This document shows positions 56,699 through 64,000 of a stretch of 64,000 nucleotides of DNA, in pieces. Source of the stretch: Octopus vulgaris (taxonomy: Eukaryota); assembly GCA_951406725.2 (NCBI GenBank), contig OX597820.1, forward strand, positions 49,910,001-49,974,000, in the 5' to 3' direction. The position numbers were made by a program, and so were the translations under genes. The notes below the pieces were generated by a model that made no database searches, was not told the DNA's origin, and saw nothing but the letters and a program-made list of their open reading frames with translations. The number at the start of each line of letters is the position of its first letter. Position 1 is the first letter of the stretch.

Positions 56699-56931
56699 TC
56701 ATACATAGATAATAATTTGGTGCTATGCAAAATGAATATATTTAACGACTTGACATACTTAGGAATACGGCTGTGTCGCAGCCTTCATGTCGTATGAATT
56801 TCAGTTTGGAATAAATTATATTTATACGTTGGCGTTATACGATACTGTAGTTTAGATAATCCTAATAAAATAATTTCATCGTTCTCATCCTCTGCATTTC
56901 TGGATTTTTATCTGCTCCATTCCCTTAGCTT

Positions 56932-56971
<40 letters not shown>

Positions 56972-57159
56972 CTGCCATGCATTTTTTCTTATTCATTTTC
57001 CTTTCACAATAGACATGTTTATTATCAGATTTTCTTTCTTTCAAAATCTTTTACCAGTTTCCCGCTGGGGAGCTGGTCTCTCATTCAGTCTCTCTCTATG
57101 TGTCTCTCCTCTCTCTCCCCTTCTGTCTCTGTCTATCTGTATGCCTGTCTCTGTCTGTA

Positions 57160-57206
<47 letters not shown>

Positions 57207-57789
57207 GTATTTGTGTGTGTTTATGTTAGTTAAACTATTAATATTTGGTGTGTTGTGGGGGCAACGAAGCAATAAATGAATTTCCTGACATTAATCAACA
57301 TAATATCACATTGTTTATCAATTCACCATAGGAAATTACTGAAAACAATATGTAAAACAATTGTCATGCTCTCAAGCTGAGAAGAAATCTTCGTTTCTTG
57401 CCAGCAAACATGTCAGAGGTCATTTGTATACTAGTCAACTATTAATATTGAAATACATTTTTATAAATAAATAATTCATTCATATTACATACATTTAGCT
57501 ATAAAATTTTCTTCGTACACTAATTACTAGACAGAATAATAAAAAATATCATAATAATGTGCACCTCCATTGTTAAGTAGATGTAAATAACACTGCTATA
57601 GTCAGTAGGGAAATAAATATTTGTGGTTAACTGCCCCGCTACTTACATATTATCTGCTAGATTTAATTGTTTTCTTTTGTTTCAATAATTACGGGGATGC
57701 AAAGTGATGATATTAAATCTTTTAACAATTATCTTATAAAGCTAAATTATGAAAGCTCAAAAAACGACTGTTATGTTTCGTGAGTCAGC

Positions 57790-58380
57790 AAGACATATCT
57801 CCTGGGTGAATAAGGACATAAGCTGTAGTCATTCTGTGTTACGGATTTTTCAAACTGTAACATACTCACTCAGAAGGTTCAGCTGCGATTGATTAGAGGT
57901 AGACTTGTACCTCGGCAGTAACAATTCAGAGATCTACCCTCTTCGTTCAAGATTACCTGATGACTTTTTTGCAGTCTCATCTGAAGACTGAATGATCCTC
58001 TCTATTGCAGCCCTTGCAATGCTCAAACGGTTGATGAATTTGCCTAGTGACTGCCTTGCATATTCTCTTCGACCTATTTCTAGAGGATCGTAATACATAT
58101 TCTAGTCTCTTTTCCAGCACTTCTCCACTAGTTTCTGGTATTGCACACGATTCCTCTCGTTTGCTTTATTAATGCATTCTTTCTATTGTACAGTACCTTA
58201 CTCCAAAGTCACTCATTTTGTTTCAGAGTTTATATTTTTAAGTGGGTGAAGCAATGCTGGTACTATATGCTGTGGGAACTTCATTTATCTGCCAAAGTCG
58301 ACAGTCAAGGGTCTGTCAGAGGCAGTGTAGAGGAGGCCTACCCTATGTTTTTGGCTGTGGATATGTAATGGGTCGGTTCA
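57790..58380 (-). pseudogene. 3' remnant of a restriction-like-endonuclease LINE (HERO/R2-superfamily-like)
   Basis: Minus-strand fragments TVDFGR*MKFPQHIV..SETK..ANERNRVQYQKLVEKC..PLEIGRREYARQSL match the VDL..QLKFP..RPD..ELTVPWE..A.ERK..KY..L..C..P.EVG.RG pattern. Confidence 0.7.
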
Positions 58381-59668
58381 TGACGCCATGCTGCGAATTC
58401 GAACCCGAGATCACGTAATTTCAAAGTGAACCTCTTAACAACTCAATAATGCTTACCGCCATGAATAACCTCGATTAAAACAACAACAAAATATATATCC
58501 CTTTACATTCCCAAGTTAGTAAAACTTGTTTGTAATACTGAATATATTGAAGAGAAATAAAAGTGCCGAGACACTGTCCTAGAAGATATGGAATGATATT
58601 CAAAGAATGCTAAGATGCGTTGGATAAAATTACATATATCTTACTGGAATATTTCTTATTCCATTATAATCTAACTGAAATCCTAACCAGCATATATATT
58701 ACTATGTAAGGTAACCAATGAAAAATATGATTCAAGCTAAGCACAAATTAACTTTGTCTTCACATACATACTATAAAACTTTTTCTTACAGAATACATTT
58801 ATATTTTTATTATGATATAAATCTCACTGATTCCACAGAAACTGAAGGTTTACCATACATAATTACATCAGTGAAACTCTGGCTTCTAGTCAACAGATTA
58901 GTGCTAAAATTAGACAAAAATACACAAAAATTTTGATTCTGGAAATGTTTATAAATACATATTCCAAAATCTAAAATTCAATAATATGAAACATGTTAAA
59001 AAGTATATATATATATATATTAAGAAACAAATAGAGCTAGATAAATAATATGAAATGGAATAAGATTAAATTGTAATTTAGATGTTGCGATAACACGTAA
59101 CGATATAATTATGTTAGAATGGACTAAGCATTCCATAACGATATAAAAATATTGGACAAATATAAAACCCTTTTTGTGACGATGCCCATGTAGGAAACAC
59201 TAGCGATATACACAAATAATTCACACCCATTAAATTATTATTCTTTTTTTTTTTTAATTTTGGCTGTTAACCTCTGCAACACTATTTTCATTTATCTTCA
59301 AATAGATACCACAAGAAAATATCCACAAATGTTTTTCTTTTCCCAAATAGGACGGTATGAAAGAAAATAACAACAAAATGAACTAATTAACAAAAACAAA
59401 AATAACAACAACAATAATAATAATAATAATAATAATAATAACGAGAATAATAATAAGTAGATGCAATTATAATAACACAGAAGACTGGTTTAATACTCAG
59501 ATTAATTATTTTGTGTTTCAGTCATAGACTTGGGCAACGATAGTTATGCATATGAATACACACACACATACACACACACTCATGCATACACACATACACA
59601 CACGCACATGTATGTATGTGTATATACATATACATACACGTATATACATACACATATATATTCAGATT

Positions 59669-59700
<32 letters not shown>

Positions 59701-59702
59701 GT

Positions 59703-59762
<60 letters not shown>

Positions 59763-60362
59763 TTATATATACAAGCGTATATACACGCCCACTCACACAC
59801 GCTCACACACGCGTACACAGACACACACATCTATATTAAAGCAATTGCCTCGAAGGCCGAAATATGCTTACTGATGTGGAACAAAATAATTCGTGTCTGA
59901 TACACAGGGATATATAAATGATTCAAATAAAAAGAAATATATAATATCAGAATATATATTTTGAAACCTTGTCAGTATCATGACGTGATGTAGTGACTAT
60001 CAAAAGCAACAACAACAATAACAGGATTTACTAACATCTAATACAAGCATTCCGTTAGTAATACTACTATCCTAACTGAGATCAACGAAACTCAGACGAT
60101 CAAAATAAAATTTATTGAATAAAATTTGTTCGATTCAACTTTAGAACTTTCTGAATAGTTTCTAAATAAATATAATTCTGTTTTCTAATATGAAAAAAAT
60201 CGGTACATGATGAAATTCATTTACATATATATATATATATATATAAGATATATATATATATATACATACATATATATATATATGTATATACATATGCATA
60301 TATATGGATATATATATATGCATATGTATATGTATATATATACATATATATATCTTTATATA

Positions 60363-60428
<66 letters not shown>

Positions 60429-61426
60429 AACATTTGGTTACATTTGAATTAATTCAGCAGGAGTGGTATTATGAAGACACCAATTGTTCAAAATTGAGTG
60501 AGTGTGTGTGTGAGAGCGTGTGTGTGAGAGCGTGTGTGTGAGAGCGTGTGTGTGTTTGCGTGTCTCTGTGTGTGTGTTTGCGTGTCTCTGTGTGTGTGCA
60601 AATATACAAATATTTTTCTTTTGTATTTTCTTAAAAGACAGCAGGATTTCATGAAGAAAACGCAACAGAGGCAAAAGAATAAAGTTATCTTTATTATTGG
60701 AATTTCGTTAAGAATTCTCACTTAGTGCTTCTTTGCTCTTGTGTTTTTTATTTTTATTTTTATTTTCCTTAATCTAATCTTCTTTGTTCTTTGAATTTTC
60801 TTTAAAAAATACGGCAACTGAATATATTGACAACAAAGATTATGTTTGGTTAGGATGTTGTGTTTAATTTTTCATGTTTTAATTGAGATTTCATTAGTGA
60901 ATATTCACGTTGATTCAATAGATAATTCTATTAAAGTTATCGAAAGCATCGACAGAACAATTTGTGCAGATATCTAAAAATCTTAAAACATATTTCACTA
61001 TGAAGGAAGTGAGCAGATAATCATACAGTAACACGCAAACAAACACAAAAATGCATAGACCAAATGACCACCAACACAAAACGTATTCAGACGCAGTTAG
61101 TAAAGCAAACATAAAAGTATGCAATTGTACGTATGTGTACTTGTGTGTATGTATATGTGTATGTATATCTGTCTGTCCTTCTACCAGTCTGTCTGTCTCT
61201 CTATCTATCTATTTATCTATATCAATCTGTCTATCAATCTACCTCTGTGTCTGTTTGTATGTCTGTATGTAAGTATACAGACACAACACACATATATAAA
61301 CACATTCGAAATATGTATAAATAAATATATATGTATTTGTGCATGTATCTATGTATATGAACATGTAGAGAGAGAATGACCATATAATTGTACACATACA
61401 TGTGTGTGCGTATATATATATGTGTG

Positions 61427-61503
<77 letters not shown>

Positions 61504-62223
61504 TATATATTATATATGTATATGTATATATATACATTGATGAGTACATCGGTACACGAATACATGTCTATGCTTATTTATTAATAAATGATCAATGAAC
61601 CTGTTTAGTAAAAGTGTTAGATGCCGAGTTTCTGTATGTGAGTATATGAGTGTGTGAATATGTGTGTGAGCGCATGTGTGTGTCTATGTGCGCGTGGGTT
61701 TGTACATTATTAACTTCCTAGTCGTGCCATTGTGCTCATTTAAAGCCTACACGATATTAAATTAGTTCCTTCTGTCTAACTACACTTAATTGTATGACAA
61801 TCTTGAGTTGTATATCATTATCGTGATCACTGATATCCTGTGCTGTATTGTATATATTTAATATATTACAGACGCTGGAGAATATCGGATATTACATTGT
61901 GGATATAACACAGTGAAAAGGCGTAACACAATATAATACGAGAAAGTGTACGGAAATTCATATGATAATATGGCGTATCTTTTGGTCAAAATGAATCTAA
62001 CAATTGTATAATTCACACAAGTATTCATACACACATACACACATTCATAAATGCATACACACACAAACAGTCAGGTCATACCCACAATGATATACACATA
62101 TGCACACACCTATGGATATATATATATATATATATATATTTAAACGGTGGTGCATCAGCATGGCCGCAGCTCCGAGCTGAAACTAGAGAGAATATATATA
62201 TATATATTGTGTGTGTTTGTGTG

Positions 62224-62257
<34 letters not shown>

Positions 62258-62411
62258 AACACACACAAACACACACAGAAAGAGAGGGGGAGAGAGAGAA
62301 AGAAAGAATGAGATAGTTGGAAACAGGGAGATCGTTAGATAGATACGTATGTATATATGTATATATTATATACATACGTATAAATATATATGCATACACA
62401 CATACACACAT

Positions 62412-62476
<65 letters not shown>

Positions 62477-64000
62477 TGTATGTATATTTAGTGACACACA
62501 CATACACACATACACGTATGTATGTATATATATATATATGCACATACATATATTCCCGTGCATATACACACACATTCGAGCATGTACACACATATACATA
62601 TATTTATATCTGAATTTATTCACTTATGAACGCTTAACCATTTGCAGGCTTATAATAGTTGGTTGTGTTTTATTTCCATGGTTCCTTGGGTAGGACGGTC
62701 AAGTAGCCTTGAGTATCACAGTTCCATTGAAGCGAGACCATAACCACTAACAAAGTATTAGCATTGATTTTTTTAAACATATTTTATTAATTCAAACCTG
62801 GTTATGAAATGGTAGCAGTCGAACAGGGCCAACTGGAGATCTACCAATTAAATGTCAAAGAATTCATAGTTACGTCCTTTTACTTTCAGGATTCAAATTT
62901 TATCATTAATTCTTCTCATCACGATAAAATTAGTACCACTGAACTGCAGGTATAGAATCGATACATTACAACCCATTACATTAAAAATTTAGCAACACGA
63001 ATATGGCTATTTCACTGATATCTATTATCAGTTTTTTAAAAGTTAATTTTGTTAATTAATTCAGTTATGTAATATTTTTATCTGTTGTTTCTATTCGTAG
63101 TACTCCAATATTTCTAGTGACGCCAGAGATGTCTGAATTAAAATTGTGGAAAAATCGAAAGCGAAAAATTAAGCAATAGCAGTGCGAGTAAATGAAGTGT
63201 AATTATCTGTGATTCTTTCAAGAGAATTGATATAATATGTGATCGTATTTTGTCATTGTGTTTCCATTTTCTTCCTTATATTCCTCCGCTAAACACATCA
63301 TTAATAAACAGCACGAAAATATTTTTCGATGCTCCGATTCATCCCAGCTAAGCCAACAGGTGTAGGATTTTAACGAATTGCTTGCAATTACTGTGAAACG
63401 TAAAGTCGATGCTATACTGGCGAACCTTCAATGATAAGAGAAACGTCTTTCGAGTTGTCGCCATTACTTAACAATCCATCTCATTATGTAATTGTATAAC
63501 TATCTGTGTAGCTATACTTGGCTTGTTTAATGACCTTATCGATAAAATCGATTTCAATAAATAGCATAAGAGATTACACAGTTGTGTCCATAATAAAGAT
63601 ATTTAATTAAACATAGGTTGATAATGACCAGGAAATTACAAATGCCATTCGCGCAAAGGGAACATGGCTGAGACAAACAATCTTCCTTTGTGCACTTGAA
63701 ATAAGATGAAGCGGGAAAAGTTGCAGAAGAGGACCAACTCATTCAAAATTAAAACATGTGATGATTTGTGGATTTTACTACAATCCGACTTTCGATCGGC
63801 AAACAAACTGTTACAGCAGACCATCAGTAATGTAACAATAAGAAGTCCCCTCTACATAAACCTGCCATAAGGAACTCACCTAGTGTTTTCTCTGTTGGGA
63901 AATGTATTCTCTTAAGTTAGAAGTTATACTTTTACCGGTCTCCTAAATTCGGTCACGATGACATTTTCAGATAAACTTGAGTTGCATCTAGGAGCAAAGT

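Noticed and set aside
63875-63990. Possible minus-strand exon (cctag acceptor ... ag|gtgagt donor)
   Set aside because: Stops in all three frames; it could only be non-coding and cannot be supported from sequence alone.

Overview
AT-rich, very microsatellite-dense eukaryotic non-coding DNA (intergenic or a long intron) with no convincing host protein-coding exon. The SINE families and repeat landscape resemble Octopus-type cephalopod genomes; this assignment is an inference from recall. The only long intact ORF belongs to a young, 5'-truncated Penelope-like retroelement (PLE) on the minus strand (RT, Cys-rich linker, C-terminal GIY-YIG; Neptune-like). It ends in a hammerhead-ribozyme (HHR) motif next to a (TA)n tract. 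The window also holds about ten further HHR-like motifs from several sequence families, most in short PLE-terminus-like inserts inside microsatellites. Several of these inserts are fold-back hairpins, including a near-perfect one with ~320-bp arms at 27062-27731, and several HHRs have non-canonical cores (UUGAAGA, CCGAAGA). Other content: two decayed mariner transposons, TA-flanked MITEs, non-autonomous Helitron-like elements, LINE remnants (RTE, Vingi-like, Tx1/L1-like, HERO-like, Jockey/CR1-group) and three tRNA-derived SINE families with evidence of module swapping. Nearly all short ORFs in the supplied track are microsatellite artefacts. Coordinates were read by eye and may be off by a few bases.
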